From: a virus
Lineage: Duplodnaviria; Caudoviricetes
DNA: 64,000 nucleotides
Strand: one strand, 5' to 3'
IMG/VR virus record: IMGVR_UViG_3300013121_000039
Location: 74,311 to 138,310 of that record
Shown here: positions 16,004-25,946 of the stretch, one piece after another
Layout: each line of letters starts with the position of its first letter
Numbering within the stretch: position 1 is the first letter of the stretch
Position numbers and translations under genes: made by a program
The notes under the pieces: generated by a model
What the model was told of the DNA's origin: nothing
The model's database searches: none
Seen by the model: the letters and a program-made list of their open reading frames with translations, nothing else

Positions 16004-16087
16004 GGTCGAGTGGCGGAATGGTAGACGCACCTGGCTCAGAACCAGGCGGGTAACACCGTGAGAGTTCGACTCTCTCCTCGACCACCA
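16004..16087 (+). tRNA. tRNA-Leu(CAG)
   Basis: Loop CTCAGAA, CCA end. Confidence 0.94.
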
Positions 16088-16091
16088 TCAT

Positions 16092-16172
16092 GCCCGAGTG
16101 GCGGAACGGTAGACGCGGCGGACTCAAAACCCGCTGCCGAGAGGCGTGCCGGTTCGAGTCCGGCTTCGGGCA
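16092..16172 (+). tRNA. tRNA-Leu(CAA)
   Basis: Loop CTCAAAA. Confidence 0.93.
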
Positions 16173-16211
16173 CTTCACGCAGTACCACTACAACAAGAAA
16201 GGAGCGTAGCG

Positions 16212-16756
16212 ATGGACACGTTGGTGTTGTCCCACGCCTACGAGCCCGTCGCACGCGTCCACTGGCAACGGGCCGTAACCCTCCTCTGGGAGGGCAAGGT
16301 CGAGGTCATCGAGGAGTACGAGAGCAGGACGGTCAGGTCGGTCACGCTGGAGTTCAAGATCCCCAGCATCATCCGCTTCCTCAACGTCATCCGCCGGCGC
16401 AAGCCGTCGATGAAGTTCTCGCGAGAGAACGTCTTCGCTCGGGACAAGGGCCGCTGCCAGTACTGCGGCAACAAGGTCACGAGAGCAGAGTCGACCTACG
16501 ACCACGTCACCCCGCGGTCGAAGGGGGGCGGGACGAACTGGGAGAACGTCGTCATCGCCTGCACCCCGTGCAACCAGCGGAAGAGCGACAAGACCCCGGC
16601 CCAGGCCGGCATGAAGCTGCTCTCGGTGCCGGTGAAGCCGGCGCACCTGCCTGGCACCACCAGGCTGACGTTCCTGCTCGACAAGAACGTGCCGCAGTCC
16701 TGGAAGCAGCTCATGATGGACTACGGCTACTGGCACGGCGAGCTGGAGCACGACTA

Positions 16757-16757
<1 letters not shown>
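16212..16757 (+). CDS. HNH endonuclease
   Basis: RDKGRCQYCG...DHVTPRSKGG..NWENVVIACTPCNQRK. Confidence 0.92.
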
Positions 16758-16848
<91 letters not shown>

Positions 16849-16914
16849 GCGTGTGTGGCCCCGAGCACCTTGGGTGTCTGGCACTCAGCCAGAGCGCACC
16901 ATCGGGGCATCCTT

Positions 16915-17004
16915 GGAAGAGTGGGTGAGTGGCTCAAACCACCGGCCTCGAAAACCGGACGTGGGGCAACCTGCGCGAGAGTTCGAATCTCTCCTCTTCC
17001 GCCA
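16915..17004 (+). tRNA. tRNA-Ser(CGA)
   Basis: Loop CTCGAAA, CCA end. Confidence 0.93.
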
Positions 17005-17009
17005 TCTTT

Positions 17010-17099
17010 GGAAGCGTGGCCGAGTGGCTCAAGGCACCAGCTTGGAAAGCTGGAGGTGGCTCCGGCTGCCCGCAGGTTCGAATCCTGCCGCTTCCGCCA
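17010..17099 (+). tRNA. tRNA-Ser(GGA)
   Basis: Loop TTGGAAA, CCA end. Confidence 0.94.
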
Positions 17100-17102
17100 T
17101 CT

Positions 17103-17193
17103 GGAGAGGTGGGCGAGTGGCTCATGCCGCCGGTTTGCTAAACCGGTCTGCGATCACATCAAAGCGAGGGTTCGAATCCCTCCCTCTCCGCCA
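17103..17193 (+). tRNA. tRNA-Ser(GCT)
   Basis: Loop TTGCTAA, CCA end. Confidence 0.9.
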
Positions 17194-17196
17194 CAT

Positions 17197-17273
17197 GCCC
17201 CCGTAGCTCAGAGGACAAGAGCAGCCGCCTTCTAAGCGGACGGTCGCTGGTTCGAGTCCAGCCGGGGGCACCA
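17197..17273 (+). tRNA. tRNA-Arg(TCT)
   Basis: Loop CTTCTAA, CCA end. Confidence 0.94.
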
Positions 17274-17297
17274 CTGTCACTACGACTCAGGAGTCCT

Positions 17298-17555
17298 ATG
17301 AAGAAGGTCGCGAAGATCACCGGCCGGGCGCTCTGCTACGACGTGCTGGAGTGCCCCATCTGCGAAGCCCGCACCGTCGTCAACGAGAACATGCCCTGGT
17401 GCGCCACGTGCGGCACCGAGTACTACCACGGCCGAGACGACCGGAAGACCGGCGCCAGACGCTGGGTCTTCGACACGAAGCGGAAGACGCCACAGTACGC
17501 CTGGGGCAAGGCCCTGAACCTGTCCGGCGGGATACGGATCGGGCCGAAGAAGTAG
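17298..17555 (+). CDS. Zinc-ribbon protein
   Basis: CPIC...CATCG; AGGAG SD. Confidence 0.7.
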   Translation: MKKVAKITGRALCYDVLECPICEARTVVNENMPWCATCGTEYYHGRDDRKTGARRWVFDTKRKTPQYAWGKALNLSGGIRIGPKK

Positions 17556-17588
17556 AGGGGCGGGCCGCTGCGCCCGCCCCTCTTTCTT
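17553..17588. terminator. Terminator between convergent units
   Basis: AGAGGGGCGGGC/GCCCGCCCCTCT + TTCTT. Confidence 0.75.
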
Positions 17589-17626
17589 AGCTCACTTCAC
17601 CATTGGAGTGGCCTTCCTTTCCCCAG

Positions 17627-17947
17627 TTACCCGCCGAAGAGCTTCTCGTCGCGGCACTGGATGCAGAACGTGTCTGCGTCTGGGTACTGCCCCTTCAACA
17701 TGAAGACCCGGTGACCGCAGGGCAGCTCACGAGTCCGGAAGTGCCGGTTCGTGTAGTGCGTCCGCATGTGCGAAGCGCGAGGGTGCTTGTCTCCCACGTC
17801 GATCGACACCTTCGGCCCAACCAGCCCCGGCTTGGGAGCGTGGTAGGACGACTTGGAGACGTCGGTGTAGTAGACCTTGCGCTTGTGGTGATGGTCAGTC
17901 GGGCCCCCGGACGAGCGCCTGCTGCGCCCGAAAACAAGGGTAGCCAT
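17627..17947 (-). CDS. Basic protein with C-terminal Zn finger
   Basis: AGGAGG SD; LPCGH...CIQC. Confidence 0.7.
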   Translation of the reverse strand: MATLVFGRSRRSSGGPTDHHHKRKVYYTDVSKSSYHAPKPGLVGPKVSIDVGDKHPRASHMRTHYTNRHFRTRELPCGHRVFMLKGQYPDADTFCIQCRDEKLFGG

Positions 17948-18051
17948 ACAGCCTCCTAGAGCTGGTCGAGATCAGGTCTGACCGCTGGCGCGCCTCACGG
18001 GCGCTGGGCGGGTTCTCGGGACCGGTCTAGGAGTGGGACATGACGGCGCGG

Positions 18052-18080
18052 AAGGTAGACGCGACGCCACGTAGAGTCAA
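18052..18080 (-). promoter_or_regulatory. Sigma70-type promoter followed by 4-codon uORF MSHS (18041-18027)
   Basis: TTGACT-N17-TACCTT on the minus strand. Confidence 0.65.
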
Positions 18081-18137
18081 GCGGTCATTTCCAAGCAGAA
18101 GGGGGCCCAGCTTGTACTAGGCCCCCTCGCGATCAAC

Positions 18138-18377
18138 TCAGCTTGCTTGCTTCAGGCGAATGAACTCATGCCAGCCGCACTTGTGGGGGCAGACGACGCT
18201 CGGGCTCACCTGGCCGTCGGCCGTGATGGTGTGGTTGACGAGGGACAGCAGATGGTCGCATTTCGGGCACACCAAGGCCACCGTCTGCTTGAAGACCGGA
18301 CCTGGGAAGACACTGGCGATCCATGGTCGCCAGCGTCCCTTGGTCCAAGCCCCGCCGTCTGGCAGGAGCTCCTGCAC
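18138..18377 (-). CDS. DUF6527-like small protein
   Basis: CPKC...VSPSVVCPHKCGWHEFIRL. Confidence 0.6.
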   Translation of the reverse strand: MQELLPDGGAWTKGRWRPWIASVFPGPVFKQTVALVCPKCDHLLSLVNHTITADGQVSPSVVCPHKCGWHEFIRLKQAS

Positions 18378-18787
18378 TAGAAGCTGCCCTTGATGCGGAT
18401 CCCAGTGGCCCGGCGGAAGGCGCCGGTCGGGTACTTCACGTCGCGCTCGGTGTAGTCGTCCACGACCTCTCGGTCCGCCGAATAGCCGCGGCAGACCTTG
18501 GCGTCCTGGTCACCCGGCAGCGCGTCGATGGCCGCCTGGGTCTGGTTGCAGCGGGAGCACTTGTCCTTCCCGGGCGGGAAGTAGTGCACCGCCATCTCCG
18601 ACGGCCAGTGGTGGAACTCCGCCACGTAGGGCCGCATGGTGGCGCGCTGCATCTCCGAGACGAAGCGGGCCATCATGCAGTCGGGGCAGGTCTCCTGCCC
18701 GCAGCCCCTGATCTCGGAGCCCTCCTTCGCGTTCCGGTCGCAGCCGTGTCCGCCCGTCGCTTCGATCACGATTCTGAAGTCACCCAT
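18377..18787 (-). CDS. Hypothetical Cys-containing protein
   Basis: GGHGCDR...CGQETCPDC; SD upstream. Confidence 0.7.
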   Translation of the reverse strand: MGDFRIVIEATGGHGCDRNAKEGSEIRGCGQETCPDCMMARFVSEMQRATMRPYVAEFHHWPSEMAVHYFPPGKDKCSRCNQTQAAIDALPGDQDAKVCRGYSADREVVDDYTERDVKYPTGAFRRATGIRIKGSF

Positions 18788-18842
18788 GTCTGCTCTCCTT
18801 CACTGCTCTGCGTTCACTGCCTCACTGCACTCGCTGCCAGTA

Positions 18843-19205
18843 CTACTGCTGCTCTGCGGGGAACTTCCGGCCCTCGCAGTCGTCCGTGATGATACCGTCT
18901 CGGATCCAGCCGTGGTAGATGCCGTGCACGTTGATGCTCGGGGAGACGGTGATCTTGGGAGCGGTCCCCGTCACCACCCAGCCGTCCCGGTTTCCGGAGC
19001 CGCCGATGTCCACGCAGTGCTCGTGGCCCCCGGGCAACTTCACGACGAGCGGCGGGCGCTTCCCGGCCCAGTCCCGGTCGTACTGGATCGAGGTCCAGTA
19101 GCGTCGGCTGCCCTCATCCTTGAGGAACCACGGGGCCGGCCACATGTCGCCGACCTTCGGCTTCTCAGGACGCTCCTCGTGGTAGGTGATAGGCCAGGCC
19201 ATCAC
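18843..19205 (-). CDS. DUF6527-like protein
   Basis: W.VTG.APKITVSPSIN...YHGWIRDG. Confidence 0.7.
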   Translation of the reverse strand: MMAWPITYHEERPEKPKVGDMWPAPWFLKDEGSRRYWTSIQYDRDWAGKRPPLVVKLPGGHEHCVDIGGSGNRDGWVVTGTAPKITVSPSINVHGIYHGWIRDGIITDDCEGRKFPAEQQ

Positions 19206-19525
19206 TTCGTCCCGTTCTTCACTGGCTCAGGCTCGCCGAGCGGGTCCTTGTCGTCCTTCTCGACCAGGCAGTGGGCGATCCCGGTGCAGGTCGCCCCGTA
19301 CATCTTCCTGATCGCGTCCGTCTTGCACAGCGCGCAGAAGAGGTTCGGCTCGTTGCGGCTGGTGATGACGATGAGCCGCTGCGAGGGGTAGTCGCGGACC
19401 AGAACCTCGTCTGGAGTGATGCTCTCCAGGCGGGCGCGCGGGAGGATCTCCTTGCGCTCACGATAGGAGAGCAGGGTCCTAGTGTCCCCCCAGAACACTG
19501 CCAGCTCTGGACGCCGCTTGCTCAC
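19202..19525 (-). CDS. Hypothetical protein
   Basis: Coupled ORF. Confidence 0.55.
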   Translation of the reverse strand: MSKRRPELAVFWGDTRTLLSYRERKEILPRARLESITPDEVLVRDYPSQRLIVITSRNEPNLFCALCKTDAIRKMYGATCTGIAHCLVEKDDKDPLGEPEPVKNGTK

Positions 19526-20994
19526 TGTGTCGCCTGATCACGCTTCAGCAGCTCCCTGAACTGGTAGTTGAGCCGTTCCTTGTCCTGCGAGAGACGGCTC
19601 AGGTACTCGTCGACGCCGAAGCCTGGGGAGCGCAGCTTCATCTTCTCAAGTACCCCTGACCGCGGGCGCGTGGCAAGGAATCGCTCGACGCGCACCTTTC
19701 GCTCCTCTGGTGGCAGATCAGCGTGACTCCCGTACCTGATGCCACGTCCTTCGACCTGCTTCAGCTTCTCGTCATTCCAGTGCGGCTCCATGACTTGGAT
19801 GAGGCGAGTCCCCTTGAGGTCGAGCCCCTCACCGCCGGCGCTGGAGAGCATCAGGGCCCTGAGCTTGCCTGCGTTGTATTGCCGCACGAGCTCGTCCCGC
19901 TCCTTCTTCTTCATCTGCCCGGTGAACTCGCCGAACGGGATCCCCTCCTGTGTCAGGCGTTCCTTGTACGGGTTGAGCCCGGCATCGAGGTAGTTGGAGT
20001 ACACCACCGCCTTCGACCTCGGGTTGGAGCCCAGCTCCTTCCGCAGGCGCTGGAAGGCCTCTTCGACCTTCGGCTCTTGGGGCGTTGCCTGCTGATCGTG
20101 GTACGGCCGAGTGGTGTTGGAGACCTGCCTGGCCCCGCCGAGGAAGGCGTTCAAGTCGCCGGCCTCTTGCTTGGTCGGCGGCAAGCCCTTGCGGACCTTG
20201 TAGCGGACCCAGAACGGCGCCTTCTTCATCAGCGTGTCGTAGTAGTCGAGCTGGTCCTTGGTCATCGGCACGCGCACGTCCTCGCGCGAGACCTCGGGGA
20301 AGTTCTCCTTGGCGCCCTCGTAGTAATCGACCCACTTGTCGAGTACCTGCTTCAGCTCCTTGCGCCTGCCCGGATGCAGGATGGGGACCGTGGAGCCCTT
20401 CACGCCGCGGAGCTTGGCGAGGAAGCCGGGGTCCTTCTTCAGGTTGTAGATGTACTTCTCCTCGAACTCCTTGCGGTCGACCGGCAGGACCTTCCCGCCA
20501 GCGGCGAGGTTCACGAGGGGCGAGATGTCGGCCGGCCGGTTGTAGAAGGGGGTGCCGGTGAGCAGGAGCCTCTTCTGAGCCTTGTTCTTCTTCAGGGACT
20601 CGTAGGTCTTGGTCCCAGGCTCGCGGGCCCGGTGGGCCTCGTCCACGACGAGCATGGGGCTGCGCAGCTCCGCCCCGCCGCGCGCCACGTTCTGCATCGA
20701 GAGGACGCGCGCCGGCTTGTGCTCGCCCTTCGTGTGCTTGGCGAGCTCCTTCTTGTAGTTGGCTTGGAGGGACGCCGGCACCACGACATCGGACGGCATC
20801 GCCATCGCATCCTGCGCCGCGATGGCGGTAAGGGTCTTGCCGGAGCCCAGGCCATGAGCCACGACGAGGCCTGGCTGGTCCTTCTCCTGGATGCGGTTGA
20901 CCACCCGCTGCTGGTGCGGCTGGAGCGGGGTGAAGACCTTGGCCTCCTTCAGGAGGCGGGCTGCGGACCGGAAGGCGGAGAGATGTGGGCTCAC
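19522..20994 (-). CDS. SNF2-family helicase
   Basis: HGLGSGKT, VDEAH, LTGTP, GGEGLDL, QVEGRGIR. Confidence 0.92.
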   Translation of the reverse strand: MSPHLSAFRSAARLLKEAKVFTPLQPHQQRVVNRIQEKDQPGLVVAHGLGSGKTLTAIAAQDAMAMPSDVVVPASLQANYKKELAKHTKGEHKPARVLSMQNVARGGAELRSPMLVVDEAHRAREPGTKTYESLKKNKAQKRLLLTGTPFYNRPADISPLVNLAAGGKVLPVDRKEFEEKYIYNLKKDPGFLAKLRGVKGSTVPILHPGRRKELKQVLDKWVDYYEGAKENFPEVSREDVRVPMTKDQLDYYDTLMKKAPFWVRYKVRKGLPPTKQEAGDLNAFLGGARQVSNTTRPYHDQQATPQEPKVEEAFQRLRKELGSNPRSKAVVYSNYLDAGLNPYKERLTQEGIPFGEFTGQMKKKERDELVRQYNAGKLRALMLSSAGGEGLDLKGTRLIQVMEPHWNDEKLKQVEGRGIRYGSHADLPPEERKVRVERFLATRPRSGVLEKMKLRSPGFGVDEYLSRLSQDKERLNYQFRELLKRDQATQ

Positions 20995-21737
20995 CAGCGA
21001 CCTCCGATGCCCCCTGCGACCCCCAGCTTGCCGTCTGTCGTGAACAGCACCCCAGCCTCCGCCTCCAGGCGGATAGGCCCCATCTCGAAAGGCGGGAAGA
21101 GCGCCTTCGGGCCGAAGTCCAGACCGGTCGCCCGGGAGTAGGTGGTGATGATGCCGGCCCCCCAGCGCTTCTCACGCCGTGTCGGCAGCACCACGACGTC
21201 AGACTTCGGGGCGTCCGTGGTGATGTAGTCGGTGAAGAGGACGAGCTCGGACGGGGTGGTGCGGATGCACTGCACGCGGCCGGTCAGCACCGTGTTGTCG
21301 TTCGGGGTCTTGTAGTGGAGCTCGTCGAGGGCTGCTGTCACCTTGTCGCCCTTCAGCAGCACGATGTCCTTCTTGTCCTCTGGGCACTCACGGGCAGGGC
21401 CCGGATCCCCTGGCACCGGCTTCTCCACGAACCGGATCTCCACCACCTTGATGAGCTTCGGCTTCTCGCCAAGCAGCTTCTCCAGTTGCTCGACCTGGGC
21501 CTTCCAGGCAGCGTCTTGGCGCAGGATCTCCTTCTCCTGCTTCTCCAGCGTCTTCTTGTTGGACTCTCGCTCCGCGACGAACTTCTCACGTTCGAGCTGG
21601 AGAGCCTCCTTGTCCTTCCGCAGGGTATCCCGCTCGCCTCGGGCGTTGTTCCAGTAGAAGGCGAAGACGATGATGACGATGAGGAGAGCGCCCCTCTCGA
21701 TCCAGATGCGGTACTCCTTCATCGCCTGCCAGTTCAT
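20991..21737 (-). CDS. Spanin-like protein (TM, coiled coil, beta-rich C-terminus)
   Basis: N-terminal TM, coiled coil, Gly/aromatic strands ending in W; follows holin-like genes. Confidence 0.55.
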   Translation of the reverse strand: MNWQAMKEYRIWIERGALLIVIIVFAFYWNNARGERDTLRKDKEALQLEREKFVAERESNKKTLEKQEKEILRQDAAWKAQVEQLEKLLGEKPKLIKVVEIRFVEKPVPGDPGPARECPEDKKDIVLLKGDKVTAALDELHYKTPNDNTVLTGRVQCIRTTPSELVLFTDYITTDAPKSDVVVLPTRREKRWGAGIITTYSRATGLDFGPKALFPPFEMGPIRLEAEAGVLFTTDGKLGVAGGIGGRW

Positions 21738-22108
21738 CGGCTCCCCCAGAGCCAGGCCCCCAGGCCCGTGAACATGATGTAGACCTCCATGTGCGTGGCT
21801 GTCGGGATCCGGTCACGCAGAAAGAGGTCCCGGTAGATGACCGCCAGGCCGAGACCTGCAAGGGCCATTGGCCCCCACCACGGACCGCCGCGGCTGCCGA
21901 AGAAGTGGCCGCCCATGGTGCCGTACAGCGCCGGCCAAAGCATCCACCGCTGAGACCCCTCCCGCATAGCATCGGTGAGGGGCGGGTCCCCGCGGATGAG
22001 CGCGATGACCTCGACAATGAGCAGCGCCACGCCGCACACCACCCACGTCCGGTAGGTGTACGGCATGAGCCGCCAGCCGAGCCACAACTCTCGCAGGAAC
22101 TCGATCAC
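21734..22108 (-). CDS. Multi-pass membrane protein (holin/antiholin-like)
   Basis: 3-4 hydrophobic segments in 124 aa. Confidence 0.55.
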   Translation of the reverse strand: MIEFLRELWLGWRLMPYTYRTWVVCGVALLIVEVIALIRGDPPLTDAMREGSQRWMLWPALYGTMGGHFFGSRGGPWWGPMALAGLGLAVIYRDLFLRDRIPTATHMEVYIMFTGLGAWLWGSR

Positions 22109-22437
22109 GGCTTCGGCGGTGCCGCCTTGAGCGGCTGCTCCCCTGTGACTTCGAGTCCGGCCATGGCCCTCGCCTGCTTCACGCTGTGGACCTTGTCGTA
22201 GAGCTCCTCGTCGGAGAGGTTGTCGTCCCCACCCTTGATGAAGCCCATGATGCCGGGCAGGGCCGCGATGCCGAGGGCGAGGGCCCAGCGCTTCACGGAC
22301 CACGTCTCCACCACGTCGACGCCCACGGCAGTCACCTGGGCGAGCATGCCGAAGAGCCAGCCGAGGAAGGCTCGGATCTGCTGCTTGTAGGGCTTGATGA
22401 ACTTCTGCCAGCTCTTCCACACCGTCTTGATGGTCAT
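22105..22437 (-). CDS. Holin-like protein
   Basis: Basic N-terminus, two TM segments, charged tail. Confidence 0.6.
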   Translation of the reverse strand: MTIKTVWKSWQKFIKPYKQQIRAFLGWLFGMLAQVTAVGVDVVETWSVKRWALALGIAALPGIMGFIKGGDDNLSDEELYDKVHSVKQARAMAGLEVTGEQPLKAAPPKP

Positions 22438-22446
22438 GCGTGCTCC

Positions 22447-25400
22447 TTAGCCGAACATGGTGGCGGACATCGTGAGGTTGTACGGGTAGACGGAGATGTC
22501 CGTGGGGTCGTAGGCGGTGAGGTTGATGTAGGTCTGGGCGTTACCTCCACCGCTGTCGACGGTCCTGGACACGCCCCAGGCGATGACCGCCAGCGTCTGC
22601 GGAACGTCGGGGTCGGCCGACCAGTCGTAGGAGATGTTCATGTAGTAGTCGTCGTTGGTGGAGGCGCGCCCGTCCGTCAGAGAGGCCAGCGCCGCCGCTT
22701 CGGCTTGCGTCACCGAGCCGGACCCGTTGAGCCCTCCGTGCAGGTTGAAGAACTCGCGCCACTTCCCCTGCTCGTTGAAGCCCGTCCGGGCGAAGGCATC
22801 CGCGTTGATCAGGGCCAGGCGCCCAGCGCCAGGAGCGATGTTCGCCCCGCCGATGTTGGCCGTCGTGAACGCGTCGCCCTGGATCAGGACACCGTTCACG
22901 TAGATGAGCACGCCCTGGGTGGCGTCATTCACCCTGGTCCGCACGTAGAGGCGGTACTTGCTGGGGCTCCCGTTCTTCCCCAGCGGCAGCATGGGAAGGG
23001 TGATCGGCGTCACCGGGGCGGTCACCATGTTGGCGCGGGTCGCCCCCGCCTTCGTCCCGAGGAGTGCGGTGAGCTGCCCGGGGTCAGTGGAGCCGGTCCC
23101 GATCTCCTTCTGCCCCAGAGTCCAGTACTCGTACTCGCCGTCGGTCACGGTGGCACCGGAGGTCGTCCCCAGGGCCCCGGGCCACCTGAAGCCGTAGACA
23201 TGAGCCCTGGTGTAGCCATCGGTGTACTTCTTGTTCGGAACCGAGCCGGCAGGGCTGGTCAGGACGTTCAGGTCCGGGGCGATCGGGGACGAGCCGAAGG
23301 TCTTCACCCCGTTGATCGTCTCGTTGCCGATGTTGTGGACGACCTGGGTGTCGACGGCCTTGAGGCCCAGCGCCGTCTTGTCGGCAGCCGACATGAATCC
23401 GGCCACCGACGTTGTCGCAGCTGCGTGGAGGCTGCCTCCGGCCTGGTCCCCGTGTGCGTGGGAGTGCAGGGCATCGGCACTGCCGCCGCCGGTCAGCGTG
23501 TTGAGGTTTGGCGCCGTGACGTTGGCGCCATTCGTGGTGCCGGTGGCCCCGATGGAGAAGCCAGACTGGATCGCCCCATGGGTGTGGTAGGAGTCCGCGT
23601 TCACGGCAGGACCGCCGAGGAGCACGGTGGTCACGGTGTCGAGCTGGTCCTTGGTGAGGACCACGTCCACCTCGCCGGTCTTGCTGAGGACCAGCCGTCC
23701 CTGGGTGCCGGAGACGTCGAGGCTGGCGCCTGGTGCCGACCTGGCACCGACCTGGACCTTCTTCGTCGACGTGACGGTGACGTCTCCAGAGAAGGTGGCA
23801 TTCTCAGAGACGCTGAGAAGGCCTCGGACCTGGGTGGTCGCGCCGCTCTTGCCGAGGAGGACAGAGAGCGCCACCGCGCCGATGTCGACGTAGTGCGAAC
23901 CGTCCTGGGAACGGAAGCTGGTTCCGCCGATCTGGGTCAGGTTCCGGGCCCACCACATCGCCGCCCCAGTGATGAGCGTCCGCCCTGCCAGGTCGAGGTG
24001 GAAGTCGGAGAGCAGGCAGTAGTCGCTGGCTCCACCCGTGAAGAAGGGGCCTGTGGCCCCAGGGTAGAGCGTGGCCATCGGAGTGGCACCGCGGATGGCC
24101 ACGGGCATCCCAGGCAGCACCCAGCCACCAGAAGGAGCCGTCTGGGTGCTGAGGACGATGACCTCGCAGTCACCCCGTGGCACGCCGCTGACCCGGACAC
24201 GGGTCAGGTACTCCAGCGCCTCCGTCAGCGTCGGGAACTGCCCGCCGTAGCCGACGGTGATCTGGGCCGCGAACTCAGCGGCCAGACGGGAGGCCTGGGC
24301 CACTGACGTGATGACCCCTGTGCCGGAGACCACGTTGACCGTGGCGACGAGCAGGCCCTTGCCATTCGTGTTCGGGGTCTTGCCAGCCAGCTCGTTGGCC
24401 GACGTGCCGTTGCGGGTCTCGGCAGCGAGGAAGCCGGCGCTGGTGCTGGCCTTGAGCTGGCAGTCCACCTCGTCCCAGTAGAGGTACCAGGTGGCGGAGC
24501 CGGTGCCGGGCGTGAACGTCTGACCCGGCACACGCACTGGACGACCGTGCCAGCGCACCATGAAGGGGCCGACGGTCATGCTGGTCGCCCCACCGGCAGG
24601 AGTCGGGATGTTGGGCCTGGAGAGGATGGCGTTGGGAAGGGGGTCGAAGTCGTGGACCAGGGACGTGAAAGCCCCGTAGCCCCGGTCGGCCAGGGCCTGG
24701 ATCTCACGATCATGGATCGACGCGGGCACCGGGGCCCAGAGGTCGAAGGACGCACCGGCCGGGATGGGGGGAGAGAAGACGACCCGGGCCCCGGTCGAGA
24801 ACTTGCTGCGGAGCACCGTGACGGTTCCGGCGCTGCCGGAGATGTTCTGGTTCAGCTCCACCACCGGCTGGTTCTCGTCGAGCACCGTGCCGACCATCCC
24901 CAGCTCGGCCGCCGACATGGGCCGGAGGGCGAGGTGGGTAGCATCGACGACTGCCTCGACCACCCAGCGCAGCCCGTTGTTGGAGAAGGGGTTGCTGCTC
25001 CCGGAGCCGTCGATCTGGACGAAGTCCCCGGGCTGGACCCCGGCACCGGTGAAGCTGGCCGTGTCGCACTCGACCACGGAGCCGTTCAGGATGTTCGAGA
25101 TGTTGAGCGCCGAGGTGACCGACTGGGGGACCCCGAAGAGCGACGTGCCGGCCACCTGGTCACGCACATCGACCACTCGGCTCTGGGAGACTTGTCCGGT
25201 CTGGGTGTCGATGAGGAAGTAGAGGTGGGCCAGCAGATCCTTCGCGGCTCCAGGGGCCAGCCCTGTGAAGACCCTCTCCGTCCCGAGGTCGTAGGTGGAG
25301 GTCGCGACGCCGGGGGACGTGATGGACGCGATCTTCTTCAGCACCACCTCGTGACGGACCAGGTCGGCGTACAGGACGTCCGTGTTGGCCATGACCCGAC

Positions 25401-25932
25401 CGAGCGACCGGGTCATGATGTCGGAGTTCAGGTTCTCGCCAGGGACCGGCAGAGAGGCATCGTTGGGCTGCCCCAGCCCTCGCCCCTCCGGGCTGGTGTT
25501 GAGGTCACCGCCCACGGAGAAGAACGACTGGGCCGCCACGTCGAACCCGAGTGCCTTGGCGGCCGTACCTCCCGTGACGCGGACCCGCCCACTGCTGCCG
25601 GCGATGGTCGACCGGAGACCGATGCAGCCGCCTGCGTCGAAGGCGAGGACGTTGATCCCGCCGGTCGAGGAGTTGATGGCGGAGATGACCGTCGCCAGGT
25701 ACGCCTGGTCCTGCACGTTCGCGGGAATGGAGACGCTGACCGAAGTCGGCACGCCGCCACTCACACCCTCGATGTCGAGGGTCTGGCCGTTCGTGACGCC
25801 GGCGAAGTACGGCTCGGGGGAGGACCCGTCGATGTCGGAGCGGCGCAGGTTGCCGCGGATGTTCGCCTGTGCTGGGCGCTTCAGGCTGCGGCCAGCGAGG
25901 GCGGGCCTGCGGAAGTAGGTCATCTGCGGCAT
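22447..25932 (-). CDS. Tail fibre / receptor-binding protein
   Basis: 1161 aa G/T/S-rich; ADALHSH, AGFMSAADK, ETINGVKTF fibre motifs. Confidence 0.75.
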   Translation of the reverse strand: MPQMTYFRRPALAGRSLKRPAQANIRGNLRRSDIDGSSPEPYFAGVTNGQTLDIEGVSGGVPTSVSVSIPANVQDQAYLATVISAINSSTGGINVLAFDAGGCIGLRSTIAGSSGRVRVTGGTAAKALGFDVAAQSFFSVGGDLNTSPEGRGLGQPNDASLPVPGENLNSDIMTRSLGRVMANTDVLYADLVRHEVVLKKIASITSPGVATSTYDLGTERVFTGLAPGAAKDLLAHLYFLIDTQTGQVSQSRVVDVRDQVAGTSLFGVPQSVTSALNISNILNGSVVECDTASFTGAGVQPGDFVQIDGSGSSNPFSNNGLRWVVEAVVDATHLALRPMSAAELGMVGTVLDENQPVVELNQNISGSAGTVTVLRSKFSTGARVVFSPPIPAGASFDLWAPVPASIHDREIQALADRGYGAFTSLVHDFDPLPNAILSRPNIPTPAGGATSMTVGPFMVRWHGRPVRVPGQTFTPGTGSATWYLYWDEVDCQLKASTSAGFLAAETRNGTSANELAGKTPNTNGKGLLVATVNVVSGTGVITSVAQASRLAAEFAAQITVGYGGQFPTLTEALEYLTRVRVSGVPRGDCEVIVLSTQTAPSGGWVLPGMPVAIRGATPMATLYPGATGPFFTGGASDYCLLSDFHLDLAGRTLITGAAMWWARNLTQIGGTSFRSQDGSHYVDIGAVALSVLLGKSGATTQVRGLLSVSENATFSGDVTVTSTKKVQVGARSAPGASLDVSGTQGRLVLSKTGEVDVVLTKDQLDTVTTVLLGGPAVNADSYHTHGAIQSGFSIGATGTTNGANVTAPNLNTLTGGGSADALHSHAHGDQAGGSLHAAATTSVAGFMSAADKTALGLKAVDTQVVHNIGNETINGVKTFGSSPIAPDLNVLTSPAGSVPNKKYTDGYTRAHVYGFRWPGALGTTSGATVTDGEYEYWTLGQKEIGTGSTDPGQLTALLGTKAGATRANMVTAPVTPITLPMLPLGKNGSPSKYRLYVRTRVNDATQGVLIYVNGVLIQGDAFTTANIGGANIAPGAGRLALINADAFARTGFNEQGKWREFFNLHGGLNGSGSVTQAEAAALASLTDGRASTNDDYYMNISYDWSADPDVPQTLAVIAWGVSRTVDSGGGNAQTYINLTAYDPTDISVYPYNLTMSATMFG

Positions 25933-25946
25933 GAGGTGTCCTCAGT

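Noticed and set aside
17614-17626. GGGAAAG slippery heptamer on the minus strand
   Set aside because: It lies downstream of the TAA stop of the 106-aa gene, with no extended ORF.
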